Shown: positions 39,158-48,122 of the stretch, piece after piece
How the letters are laid out: each line of letters starts with the position of its first letter
Position numbering within the stretch: the first letter of the stretch is position 1
Assembly (NCBI GenBank): GCA_965212525.1
Contig: CBDBVC010000013.1
Span: 100,002 to 164,001, forward strand
From: Lysobacterales bacterium
GTDB taxonomy: Bacteria > Pseudomonadota > Gammaproteobacteria > Xanthomonadales > SZUA-38
Direction of reading: 5' to 3'
DNA length: 64,000 nucleotides
The notes under the pieces: generated by a model
Databases searched by the model: none
What the model was told of the DNA's origin: nothing
The model's input: the letters and a program-made list of their open reading frames with translations, nothing else
Translations under genes and position numbers: made by a program

Positions 39158-39907
39158 TTATTGAAATGCAGGGGAATTGCAGGCAGCGCTATTATTGTAA
39201 TACATCGTCTCAGAACATTGATTACCGAACGGCAATACACTCACATAACCCCAGGATGAGGCCCAGCACTGGAAGGTGGGCGCTATTGTTGCCAGCGAGT
39301 CGGCACGAATCAGAAAGCCACTACCGATGGCTTGCCCATAGTCATAATCTGAACCGACAACGGGTGACGTAATGTACGTGTTGCTTTCTACAAGTTTTTC
39401 ACCGGGCGACAAGGGGCCGAACTCATCGTATTGCGCGCTCATCGAGACAAAGGGCTGTGCAAAGGTGAACCAGCCGTAAGTTGTCTCGAAGCGTGCATTA
39501 CCCGAACACAACTTTGTGGGTGGATCAGATTTCTGCATCGCCTGATTGAGCTCGACCAGTTGCATCTCAAGATCCAGCAGCCTCAGTTCCTCACGGGCGC
39601 TGAGCAATTTGGTTTCGGATTGCGCAGTAAGCACATCGATGGATTCCTGAACCCGATTTGCTGCCAGGCGCATTGCGGCATTGCCAAACGCAATTGTGGT
39701 TATTGTGTCGCCGTCTCGCTGAAACACATCCTGATCTATCGCGACCCATTCCGGATCCAGTTCCAGTTCAGCCGGACCAGAGACACTGAAAGTAGTCTTG
39801 TGAGTCGTATTCAGTGCCCACTCTGGATCAACCTCAGGGTTCTTTTCAGCCATGACGGAAGTGGCCATGGAACAGGCAATGGCTAATGCAGTTAATTTGG
39901 TTTTCAT
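39158..39907 (-). CDS. secreted protein of unknown family, island paralog B
   Basis: RBS gaggaattaaagATG. Signal peptide MKTKLTALAIACSMATSVMA. DPEWVAIDQDVF...AFGNAAM, then a coiled coil, then a Cys-containing C-terminal half. Same architecture as 31575-32270. Confidence 0.8.
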   Translation of the reverse strand: MKTKLTALAIACSMATSVMAEKNPEVDPEWALNTTHKTTFSVSGPAELELDPEWVAIDQDVFQRDGDTITTIAFGNAAMRLAANRVQESIDVLTAQSETKLLSAREELRLLDLEMQLVELNQAMQKSDPPTKLCSGNARFETTYGWFTFAQPFVSMSAQYDEFGPLSPGEKLVESNTYITSPVVGSDYDYGQAIGSGFLIRADSLATIAPTFQCWASSWGYVSVLPFGNQCSETMYYNNSAACNSPAFQ

Positions 39908-40044
39908 CTTTAATTCCTCATTGAATTGTCATTTCAGGTATCGGCTGGCATACGCTCCAGATAATCCGATACCGACTTGTCGCTGGTGATCACAGAGTCA
40001 GCACCAAACAGACGATGCATCCGCGACAGACAAATTCTGACGGG

Positions 40045-40080
40045 TATTGTGAAATCCGGTGATCGATTAGAGGACAGAAA
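40045..40080 (-). promoter_or_regulatory. copy P3 of the conserved upstream element
   Basis: The minus strand reads TTTCTGTCCTCTAATCGATCACCGGATTTCACAATACC, 138-173 nt upstream of ATG 39907. 18 of the first 25 nt are identical to P1, including TTTCTGTCC and GATCAC. Confidence 0.45.
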
Positions 40081-40290
40081 GTATTGTTGTCAGGACAAAT
40101 CGCAGTTGGCCAGCGATTCCTTAACCTGGAATTCCTGTTTTATTAACAAAATCAGCAACTAAGCCGCCTGGTTTTCCATCAGGTTGGCCCTGGACATACT
40201 TGTCAGATTTGCCTTTCTGGCACGATACTCTCGTATACTCAAGGCGCGTTTTGGCGTGTCGCCTGAACAGATTGAGAACAGCTACTCGGA

Positions 40291-40611
40291 TCAATTGTGG
40301 TTTTCTGATGAGAACCAGAACTCGATCTCGTCTGTGTCCTGTTCGAATTCTGCAGCGTGTTCCACCTGGGCAGGCACGTGGTACCAGTCGCCGACACCTA
40401 TCCGATGCCGCTCTCCATTCATGATGAGTATCAGTTCACCGCGTGTGATGACACCATGATTGTCGGTGTCATGGCGATGCGGTGGTATCGAGGTTCCGGC
40501 CGGATAAGAGGCAAACAGCACATCGGCACCCTCGGCCGGTAATCGGTAGGCATCAAAACGACCATCATAGAGTGACAGTTCACGAATCCGCTGCGGGTAT
40601 TTTCCTTTCAT
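40291..40611 (-). CDS. cupin-domain protein
   Basis: 106 aa. Cupin motifs GTSIPPHRHDTDNHGVITRGEL and GDWYHVPAQVEHAAEF. Confidence 0.8.
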   Translation of the reverse strand: MKGKYPQRIRELSLYDGRFDAYRLPAEGADVLFASYPAGTSIPPHRHDTDNHGVITRGELILIMNGERHRIGVGDWYHVPAQVEHAAEFEQDTDEIEFWFSSENHN

Positions 40612-40641
40612 GGACAGGCTCCATCGAGTGATGGAATCAGC

Positions 40642-42090
40642 TTATTCAAATCCGTCGCTGAACACCAGATCCGACGGCCCTGCCGGTTTTATTTCCAGCG
40701 CCAGCTGCCAGCCCGGATTGCTGCCCTCGCCGTCATAGGCACCGAGGATGGTGTGAGTTCTGTTCTGGTCGTTGAAATCGATATCCGAATCGACAAAGGC
40801 AGCGATGGGTGAGACATCCACATTGTTGCCTGACAGTGTGCCCGTCAGTGGAAAGAGATCAAGCCTGTTGCCAGACCCGGCGATGTTGCCATCGGGATTG
40901 ACCAGGTACTGAGCAGCATTGATCAGTAAATCGCTGAGATTGTCGGCCTGAGTCCCACCTGCCAGTGGCGTCCCTGTGGTGAACACGGCATTGCCACGCA
41001 CCAGCTGCGCGAATGCACCATTGACCGTACCTGAGATGAACACACCGTCATCACTGGACAATATGGTGTTCTCAAACACACGAATGCGACGAACCTCGCC
41101 GTTCTGAGGCTGAATGAACATCGCCGGGCCCTGTGTGTTGAACAGCAGGTTACCGTAGAAAATCACATTGCCCTCGCCCTGGAACAGGGCCTCGAAACCG
41201 GTAGGATTCTGATAGAAGAAATTGCCGTAAATCAGATAATCGTCATTGGAACCGTCCCCGCTCAGTGGAAATGTACCCACCAGCAGATTGGGCCGGGCAG
41301 CCCCGCCCGAGGACGAATTACCACTCTTGTGAAACACATTCTGTCGAATCACAGTCTGGCCTGTTGCTGGCAGGCTCTCGTAGCCCGTTCCCGATGGTCT
41401 GCTGGCCGCAAACTGGTGCTTGACCTGCATGTTGTAGCCGACCGTATCCCGGATCAGATTGAATTCGATCAGGCCATTGACGAAGTGCTGGGCACCATCC
41501 GAGTTACCGAAATAGATCCCGGTACCAACGCGCTCGATGACTGTCTGACGTACCACCCAGTTCCATGCCGGCCCCTTGGTCGAAATGCCAACCTGCTGCT
41601 GATCGAAATCAAAATCGTGGATCCAGAGGTTTTCCAGCGTGATGTGATGCGACCAGGGATTGGGATGGGCACCTTGCAGATTGATGTCGGACTTGACCGC
41701 GTCCAGATCGGTCGTGCCGGTGCCATCAATTTCCACGTTTCGCAGTACCAGATAACTGGAATTCCTGACCTGCACCACATTGCGCACACCATTGATCGGG
41801 GCACCCACGAAAACGGCGGATTGATCCGACGGGCCTTCGATCACGATACAGTTGTTTTCACTGCCATTGAGATCGTACAGCCTGAGTCCGTTCTGATAGG
41901 TTCCATTGCCCAGCCTGATCAGATCGCCGGGCAGAGCCGTATTGATGGCCGTTTCGTAATTCTGTGGCGTTGCATCCACGGTACGCAAGGTCACCGTGCT
42001 GGCACATCCGCCGTAGGCACCTGCGAGTTCGGTGAGTGCCATCACCTGGCCTGACAGAAACAGGGCGAAGATTGTCATCCATGTTCGCAT
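40642..42090 (-). CDS. secreted right-handed parallel beta-helix protein (possible polysaccharide lyase/hydrolase)
   Basis: Signal peptide MRTWMTIFALFLSGQVMA. Repetitive Asn/Gly/Val-rich turns (NSSYLVLRNVEIDG, ITLENLWIHDF, IYFGNSDG) typical of pectate-lyase-fold repeats. No specific catalytic assignment is possible. Confidence 0.65.
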   Translation of the reverse strand: MRTWMTIFALFLSGQVMALTELAGAYGGCASTVTLRTVDATPQNYETAINTALPGDLIRLGNGTYQNGLRLYDLNGSENNCIVIEGPSDQSAVFVGAPINGVRNVVQVRNSSYLVLRNVEIDGTGTTDLDAVKSDINLQGAHPNPWSHHITLENLWIHDFDFDQQQVGISTKGPAWNWVVRQTVIERVGTGIYFGNSDGAQHFVNGLIEFNLIRDTVGYNMQVKHQFAASRPSGTGYESLPATGQTVIRQNVFHKSGNSSSGGAARPNLLVGTFPLSGDGSNDDYLIYGNFFYQNPTGFEALFQGEGNVIFYGNLLFNTQGPAMFIQPQNGEVRRIRVFENTILSSDDGVFISGTVNGAFAQLVRGNAVFTTGTPLAGGTQADNLSDLLINAAQYLVNPDGNIAGSGNRLDLFPLTGTLSGNNVDVSPIAAFVDSDIDFNDQNRTHTILGAYDGEGSNPGWQLALEIKPAGPSDLVFSDGFE

Positions 42091-42428
42091 AGGCTGGCTC
42101 CATGATCGATATGTGGCGAAACGGCTTTCGCAATGCGCTCTACTATAGGACGCAGAGCAATCCGGTTTTTCTCAATCGCTCACAAAACGAGGTTCTGTCT
42201 GTATGGCCGGTATCGCCCATTGAGCCCGTCGTGAGTGTTGCTCAGGTGTCGATTTCTACCAAATCTGGGCCACATCCGGGCCATATCAGGACCATCTCTG
42301 GAAGATCAGTATCAAAATATAATACTTTCGAGCACCTTTACCGTCACTTTTGAGCTCCTGATGGGGCTTTACACACAGCACCACTAGACTGGACCAATCA
42401 CATTAACTGCCTTCGGCAGGGGGCCAAG

Positions 42429-43421
42429 ATGAAACAGATCATTCGCGAACGACTGGCACAGGAAATATGCAACTGGGGTCATGAGGGCCTGATCAATCCG
42501 AAACAGCAGGAGATGCTGGCCAGACGATATCAGGTTCATGCCTCTCTCGGACACGTTCTGCTTCGCTGGCTTGGTTTCTTTGCATTGTTCATGCTGGGCA
42601 GTTCACTGCTCGGCCTGATCGGCATGGCGCTTGGCCCTGCGGCCACACATGTTGCACCGTTCGTGATCATCGGCTTTGGCGCTGCCATGTGGTGGCAGGG
42701 TGTCCGGTTCGCGACAGAACCCCTGCAGCGCTATCCGATCAGTGGATCGGTACTACTGACAGCTGCCTTCATTGCCATCCTCGGCGGACTGGCCATGATG
42801 ATGGCGCTGTTCGATGCACAATTCGACCGCGAGCTGTGGTCGGTACTGATGCTGCTGACAGCCGGGCTGGCCGCAACCACCGCCTATCGTTACGGACTTC
42901 GCTGGCCACTTGGCCTGGCAATCCTGATGGCCTTTCATGCCCTGGGCAACTGGCACGCCTATGGCGGGCGCGGTAGCTACTTTCTCGGCATTGCCGACGA
43001 ACGAGTCACCGCCGTGGTCGCCGCCTGTTCGATTGCGCTCGCCTTCTGGCATGAACACCAGATCGAACACAAACAGGGGGATCGCTGGCTCGGTTTTGGT
43101 CGCCTATACATGATCTTTGGCCTGCTTTACCTCAACATGTCGTTCTGGTTTCTCTCGATCCATCCGGGCACGCTGGGATGGGTCATCGTGTTCACTCTGA
43201 TCACAGCAGCCCAGGTCGCCATCGGCGCCGGATTGCGTGACGGCCGCATTCTTGGTTTCGGCGTCGTGTTTCTCGGCATCAATGTCTATACGCGCTATTT
43301 CGAATATTTCTGGGACGAGATGTCTAAAGGCAGTTTCTTCATGCTGGCAGGCATCGCCAGTCTGATTCTTGCTGCCATCTTCGAACGTCAGCGGTCGCCA
43401 GTCAGAGGAGAATCATCATGA
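42429..43421 (+). CDS. polytopic membrane protein, DUF2157-like, tandem paralog 1
   Basis: A cytoplasmic N-terminal helix (IIRERLAQEICNWGHEGLINPKQQEMLARRY) is followed by about 9 TM segments. Its stop overlaps the next start (ATGA). Confidence 0.7.
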   Translation: MKQIIRERLAQEICNWGHEGLINPKQQEMLARRYQVHASLGHVLLRWLGFFALFMLGSSLLGLIGMALGPAATHVAPFVIIGFGAAMWWQGVRFATEPLQRYPISGSVLLTAAFIAILGGLAMMMALFDAQFDRELWSVLMLLTAGLAATTAYRYGLRWPLGLAILMAFHALGNWHAYGGRGSYFLGIADERVTAVVAACSIALAFWHEHQIEHKQGDRWLGFGRLYMIFGLLYLNMSFWFLSIHPGTLGWVIVFTLITAAQVAIGAGLRDGRILGFGVVFLGINVYTRYFEYFWDEMSKGSFFMLAGIASLILAAIFERQRSPVRGESS

Positions 43422-44483
43422 ACCCGCAACGCTTCAGATCCATCATGACTGCCGAACTGTCACAGCTGCGCCGAGAAGGCCTGCTGGATGAGAGCACTTT
43501 CGACACCCTCTCAGAACGCTATTCACCCACACAGTGGAACTGGGCCAGCATGGGTCGCTGGTTTGCAATTTTCGGTGGACTGTGCACCGCAGCAGGGATA
43601 TGCATTGTTGCTGCCGACCTGTTTGAAATGACACTGAGAAACCTGGCCTGGGCCCTGACCCTGACCACAGCAGCTCTGCTGTGGGGCGGTTATCGCCTGA
43701 AACAATCCCGAATGAAATGGACGGCACTGAGCCTTGAAATGTGTGCCTCGCTGGCCATTATCGGCCTCACGTTCACGCTCGGCATCATCTTTTCGACCGG
43801 CTCGGGTAACTGGCCCATGCTGCTGCTGATCGATCTGTTCGTACTGTTGCCGCTGGCCTATCTGCTGCGCAACGTGCTGGTACTGATCGTCACCGCGGTT
43901 GTCTTCTTTACCTGGTTTGGCGGCATGACCGGTTACGTCTCCGGCTGGGGTGCCTACTGGTTCGGCATGAACTATCCCATGCGCTTCCTGCTGGCCGGTA
44001 TTCTCATTGCCCTGATCGGCGTGCTGCACCGCCAGGCAGAATCCGGATGGCTGCGTCAGTACCGTAACTTCTTCAAGGTCTGGTTATCGTCTGGTGTGTT
44101 CTTTGCCAACATGGCCCTGTGGCTGATGAGTCTGTTTGGGAATTTCAGCACCATCTACGGTCGTCATCTGGAAACGGGCCGCAGAACTGGTGATGTTCAA
44201 CCTGATGTGGATCGGGTTCAATGCAGCCCTGCTCTATCTGGGAACTCGATTTGGTCTGCGCATGCTCAGGGCTTATGGTGTCACCTTCCTCATCATCCAG
44301 GCCTACACGCTGTATTTCTGGAAGGTCGCCGGTCACATGGATCCGGTGCTGGCCACATTCCTGGCCGGATCGGTCACCCTCTGGATGGTGTGGAAATTCG
44401 AGACCCGAAGACGCCGTTCATCCGAAGATCAGGATAATCGGTCCAACCCACCCGAGCACGAGGATGGTGCTGTCACATCCTAG
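43418..44483 (+). pseudogene. polytopic membrane protein, DUF2157-like, tandem paralog 2, interrupted by a frameshift near 44165
   Basis: Same N-terminal pattern (LSQLRREGLLDESTFDTLSERY) plus TM segments. After ...LFGNFSTIYGR the frame turns into Arg/Gly/His-rich non-membrane sequence. The hydrophobic C-terminus (IWKRAAELVMFNLMWIGFNAALLYLG...) continues in the +1 frame to 44483. Confidence 0.7.
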
Positions 44484-45670
44484 GATTTCCGTAACCGGGC
44501 CATGGCAGCCTGCTTGGCCCGGTAGCGCTCTCGAGTATCCTCATCGTAAACCGTTTCCAGCGCACGTTTGATTGAATGCTGTGAGCTGATTGTGTGTCCC
44601 AATGCGTGCTGAACCTGAGCCAATGCCAACCAGGCCTTGTGCAGGTAGTCGGCATCACGCAGCACCTTGCGATAATAACGCTCTGCCTCTGCATACTGCC
44701 CTGCCTGATGAGCAGCGTGAGCCAGTGATAACCAGCCCAGTGGGTCTGACTCGTCATGCTCGGCCAGTCGCTGCTCGATCACCTGGGCATCAGTACTACG
44801 CCCTTCCAGCATCAGCAGTTTTCGATAATTGTCCAGCAGGCTCAATGATCGTTCCGACGATTTCAATCCATACTGATACAGGGCTTCAGCGGTTTCAGTA
44901 TCGCCAGCGCGACGATGAATCACAGCCAGCAAATTCACACCCTGTTCGTGATCGGGGGCATATTGCAGTGACTCAATGGCATTCCAGTAAGCCAGTCCCA
45001 ACTGGCCATTGATCAGTGCCTCAGCAGACTGGTTTCGATAGTACATGGCAATGAATTCATCACGGCTGATACGTCGACCCGCATGGCGGCTCACGTCAGG
45101 AAAAAAGTCAACGGTCAGGCTGGAGTGACCAAAGGTGTACGAACCCCGATCAGTACGATAGGTATTCTGGCGCAGGATGGTGCGCACATGCTCCACGCTC
45201 AGCAACAGACCACCCTGGATATCCAGCACTGGCATTTCCTCAACCAGCTGATAGCGCATATCCACTCCCGCCAGGTCTGTCAGGGCCGTGGTCAGTATGG
45301 CCAGAGACATGCAATTACCTGCACGTCGCAACATTGCCTTGTGGGCCTGCAGGGTATCATCGTGGTATTCGAATCGACCGAGAATGGGTTCCAGATATTC
45401 AAACGTGCGCTCGTGCGGTGCAGTCTCCTGTCGTGACTGGTCGTTGAAGTAGGCCAGAAAGTCTGAACGCTGTACAGCGCTCAGCTGAAACAGTTGCTCC
45501 ACCTCGATCAAAGCTGGTCGATCACCAAACAGTACACCATTCATGACCGGAAACGGCAATGGCTCCGGTTCCGGCACAGTGTCGTTGATCACTAGCGGCT
45601 GTTGAGTCGCGCACCCGGTAATCAACAGCAGAAGGGCGCAGACAGCAGGAATGTAAACTGATCGAAGCAT
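44480..45670 (-). CDS. lipoprotein with a transglutaminase-like Cys-protease core and C-terminal TPR repeats
   Basis: Lipobox LLLITGC. AGNCMSLAILTTAL resembles the transglutaminase-like catalytic Cys region. The C-terminal half is TPR-like. ATG 45670 has GAGGAG 10 nt upstream. Its stop shares the palindrome CTAG with the convergent gene. Confidence 0.65.
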   Translation of the reverse strand: MLRSVYIPAVCALLLLITGCATQQPLVINDTVPEPEPLPFPVMNGVLFGDRPALIEVEQLFQLSAVQRSDFLAYFNDQSRQETAPHERTFEYLEPILGRFEYHDDTLQAHKAMLRRAGNCMSLAILTTALTDLAGVDMRYQLVEEMPVLDIQGGLLLSVEHVRTILRQNTYRTDRGSYTFGHSSLTVDFFPDVSRHAGRRISRDEFIAMYYRNQSAEALINGQLGLAYWNAIESLQYAPDHEQGVNLLAVIHRRAGDTETAEALYQYGLKSSERSLSLLDNYRKLLMLEGRSTDAQVIEQRLAEHDESDPLGWLSLAHAAHQAGQYAEAERYYRKVLRDADYLHKAWLALAQVQHALGHTISSQHSIKRALETVYDEDTRERYRAKQAAMARLRKS

Positions 45671-45759
45671 CAACCGCATTCTCCTCGGGTTCTTGTCTTC
45701 TTTGACAACCATACGCGAAGGATCGTTTCATGTCGCCATCGACAGCCTCAGGCTACGAC

Positions 45760-45791
45760 ACGAAAACAGGGTCCTTGTGAACGGGACCCTG
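45760..45791 (-). terminator. rho-independent terminator after the 45839-47020 gene
   Basis: The minus strand reads cagggtcc-N9-ggaccctg (8-bp stem) followed by TTTTCGTGT, 48 nt after the stop. Confidence 0.65.
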
Positions 45792-45838
45792 CTGCGATAA
45801 CGTGATTGAACTGCCGACTGTTTCCGGGCTATCAGACG

Positions 45839-47020
45839 CTAATCCATCCTGAACAGACGGTACTCACCGTCCACGCTGCGAGTACCGTTGCCACAGGTCA
45901 TCGCTGCGGTCAGTCGCTGGTCACCGACAGCGGTATAGGCAAACGCCACGCTGCAATCCAGACCATCAAAACGATACCCTTCCAGACTGCAGGCTACCGT
46001 GCCATCAACCGGACGGGCATCCTGACACAGGATGCGGTACAGCAGAACAGGCAGGCCAGGTGAGACCGGCTGATCGAATACATCGAAATAATGGCCGGAA
46101 AGGCCCTGTGATGCCGGACCGGTGTAATCGATCATGACGGCGGTGAAATTATCGGCTGTCGACGAGTCACCACTCGAACCGGCCACCCAGTTGCCCACCA
46201 GGTCGGGCAATGCGGGATCCTCGGCAGGTATCGATGCACTACGGGTTAGTGGCAGGCGACTGTACTGCATCGGGCCACCCACGATTGGCAGGGTCGAACC
46301 CAGGATACCGTTGTATTCAACCAGCAGGCTGTCAAACTCATCAACCAGTACATAAACCGTGCCGACATTGTCGGGTGCTGCACGGTCACACGGCTGGGTC
46401 ACACAGACAATTTCGTGATACGAGGCCATCTCGCCAATAAAGGTATTGCCATTCAAGCGACCACCGCCGTAGTGCCAGAGCGGATCACCGTCATCTGAAA
46501 AATCCATCAGTGCGGCAGTGAAGATGTCATCCTGCTGATCAATGAACAGACCGGAAAACGTCAGACCGGGCGTCACCCAGCTGCCGGACTGCAGTCGCAC
46601 CGGCGTGTTGGCTGCAGAGGTGAATGTGATTGTCTCACTGTCACGTGGCATGGCACCGAAGCCATTATCGACCAGATAGTTGATGACGATGCTGTCCTCG
46701 AAGTCGGGTAGCGTATCCAGTTCAGCCAGCGGATTGATCAATTCGCGAAACGGCGTCAGCACCTGTGCACAGACACCGCCCAGCATTGGCGATGACAGCG
46801 TGGCGATCACATTGATCTCTGTATTGCTGGCCTGCAGCGACAGGGTTCCGCCGCAACTGTCGATCCAGCTGTCGTCCAGCAGAATCAGAAACGGTTGATC
46901 TGGCTGGATGCGTTCAGGGTGTACTGTCATGGGATCGAAAAGCAATTGCGCATTCGCGGCCGAGGTAAACAGCAATAGCGCCCATGTCATCAGCAGGGAT
47001 TTGTGTTGTGTCATCAGCAT
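45839..47020 (-). CDS. secreted protein of unknown function
   Basis: Signal peptide ...LLMTWALLLFTSAANA. 393 aa with no recognised motif. An internal segment (LQSGSWVTPGLTFSGLFIDQ...) resembles the GSW...GQG domain only weakly. The start may be ATG 47014. Confidence 0.7.
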   Translation of the reverse strand: MLMTQHKSLLMTWALLLFTSAANAQLLFDPMTVHPERIQPDQPFLILLDDSWIDSCGGTLSLQASNTEINVIATLSSPMLGGVCAQVLTPFRELINPLAELDTLPDFEDSIVINYLVDNGFGAMPRDSETITFTSAANTPVRLQSGSWVTPGLTFSGLFIDQQDDIFTAALMDFSDDGDPLWHYGGGRLNGNTFIGEMASYHEIVCVTQPCDRAAPDNVGTVYVLVDEFDSLLVEYNGILGSTLPIVGGPMQYSRLPLTRSASIPAEDPALPDLVGNWVAGSSGDSSTADNFTAVMIDYTGPASQGLSGHYFDVFDQPVSPGLPVLLYRILCQDARPVDGTVACSLEGYRFDGLDCSVAFAYTAVGDQRLTAAMTCGNGTRSVDGEYRLFRMD

Positions 47021-47149
47021 TCTCCTTGTCCATCAATACTGCCCTGTGCTGCCTGGGTCCATGCCAGTCACGAACATGATAACGCCAATATGTACGAAGA
47101 GTGTAGTATTTCTGTGAAAAGATGTAACAGAATGTAATCCTGGGTACCG

Positions 47150-47181
47150 CAAATAAAAAAAACGGGCAGCCTGGCTGCCCG
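47150..47181 (-). terminator. rho-independent terminator after the 47217-47978 gene
   Basis: Perfect 8-bp GC-rich stem cgggcagc/gctgcccg (47163-47181), followed on the minus strand by TTTTTTTTTATTT. Confidence 0.85.
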
Positions 47182-47216
47182 TGTTTATCGATCCTGTCGG
47201 ATCTGATTGGTGTTGA

Positions 47217-47978
47217 TTATTCGCCCTCGTCGTAGCTCAGCGACAACTCCTTGTTGTGGCGATAGATGGTGTAGCTCGCCGATTCAAAATGAGATGAGAA
47301 GCGATCAAGCATTTCCCTCGCTTTTTCCTCGGAGTCCAGGTGTTCTGCCAGGAAGGCATAGAAATTCTGCTCGGGTGGCGCCATTGACGCATAGTTTTCA
47401 TGTGGTGAGGCCAGGTAGAGGCTGGCACTACCGCTGATACGGTTGCCCCAGACCCAGTTTCTGGGCCAGTCATGCTCCTTGGCAACAGAACTCAATTCAG
47501 TCACCGACTGGGTCATGCCCGCACCACTGCCCTGTTTGACAACCCAGGTGGTGACACCGACATAATTGGCCACGGTACCTTCGGGCCAGTGGCTGTTTGC
47601 CCAGTCGGTGCTGCTCAGATGATGCTGGTACGAGGCCACGTGCGGATGCACCGTCTCGTTCCAGTGCTGGCCCAGACCGGACTCCAGACTCCAGGCGCTG
47701 TAGGCATCCTGGTCTGCCCAGTCAAAACAGCAATGCCGGACGACATGATAATCGATGCGGTCACCCACCACCGGCGTATAGACCTGCCATCGTCTTGGGT
47801 CCCCCTTCTCATCCCGCATCGCCACATGGGCCTTGAATGCCGCTTCGAATTCAGCTTCATGACCCGGTTTCGGAACGACCATCCAGCTGTCGGACAGACT
47901 GGGTGGAGCCTCGTCCTGTGCCACGGAATAGACAGGCAGCAGAAACAGACAGATCAATGCTGTGATTATTTTTTTCAT
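47217..47978 (-). CDS. secreted protein of unknown function with an internal two-fold repeat (dimeric alpha/beta-barrel-like impression)
   Basis: Signal peptide MKKIITALICLFLLPVYSVA. The two halves, each of about 110 aa, start WMVVPKPGHEAEF... and TTWVVKQGSGAGM... The terminator is immediately downstream. Confidence 0.7.
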   Translation of the reverse strand: MKKIITALICLFLLPVYSVAQDEAPPSLSDSWMVVPKPGHEAEFEAAFKAHVAMRDEKGDPRRWQVYTPVVGDRIDYHVVRHCCFDWADQDAYSAWSLESGLGQHWNETVHPHVASYQHHLSSTDWANSHWPEGTVANYVGVTTWVVKQGSGAGMTQSVTELSSVAKEHDWPRNWVWGNRISGSASLYLASPHENYASMAPPEQNFYAFLAEHLDSEEKAREMLDRFSSHFESASYTIYRHNKELSLSYDEGE

Positions 47979-48122
47979 TGCTTTCCCCTTCGTATTGAGA
48001 TGAACCGGTCAACCACCACAGTCACCGGCCGTCATTTCAGTATAGCCACTATTCCGCAAATGTCGTCCGTGCTGAAAATCAGCCAACCCGGATCAGGGGT
48101 GACTACTGTCTGCTCGGAAAAA

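Noticed and set aside
31575-39907. The island as a composite transposon or mobile element, because it is bracketed by inverted paralogs.
   Set aside because: The flanking genes are similar only at the protein-architecture level, not as nucleotide repeats. There is no transposase, integrase, tRNA target or direct repeat. The flanks encode signal-peptide proteins, not IS elements.
11975-44170. Programmed +1 ribosomal frameshifting as the explanation for the four same-direction frame breaks.
   Set aside because: I could find no shared slippery or stall motif at the four sites (no prfB-like CUU UGA C with an upstream SD, for example). The genes are functionally unrelated, and the zero-frame products run on for tens of codons. 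Indel errors or pseudogenes are more parsimonious.
47109-47132. Inverted repeat TTCTGT-N11-ACAGAA upstream of the 45839-47020 gene, loosely reminiscent of the TTTCTGTCC box.
   Set aside because: Only the 6-mer is shared with the island element and the GATCAC half is absent. Short AT-rich palindromes of this size are expected by chance in intergenic DNA.
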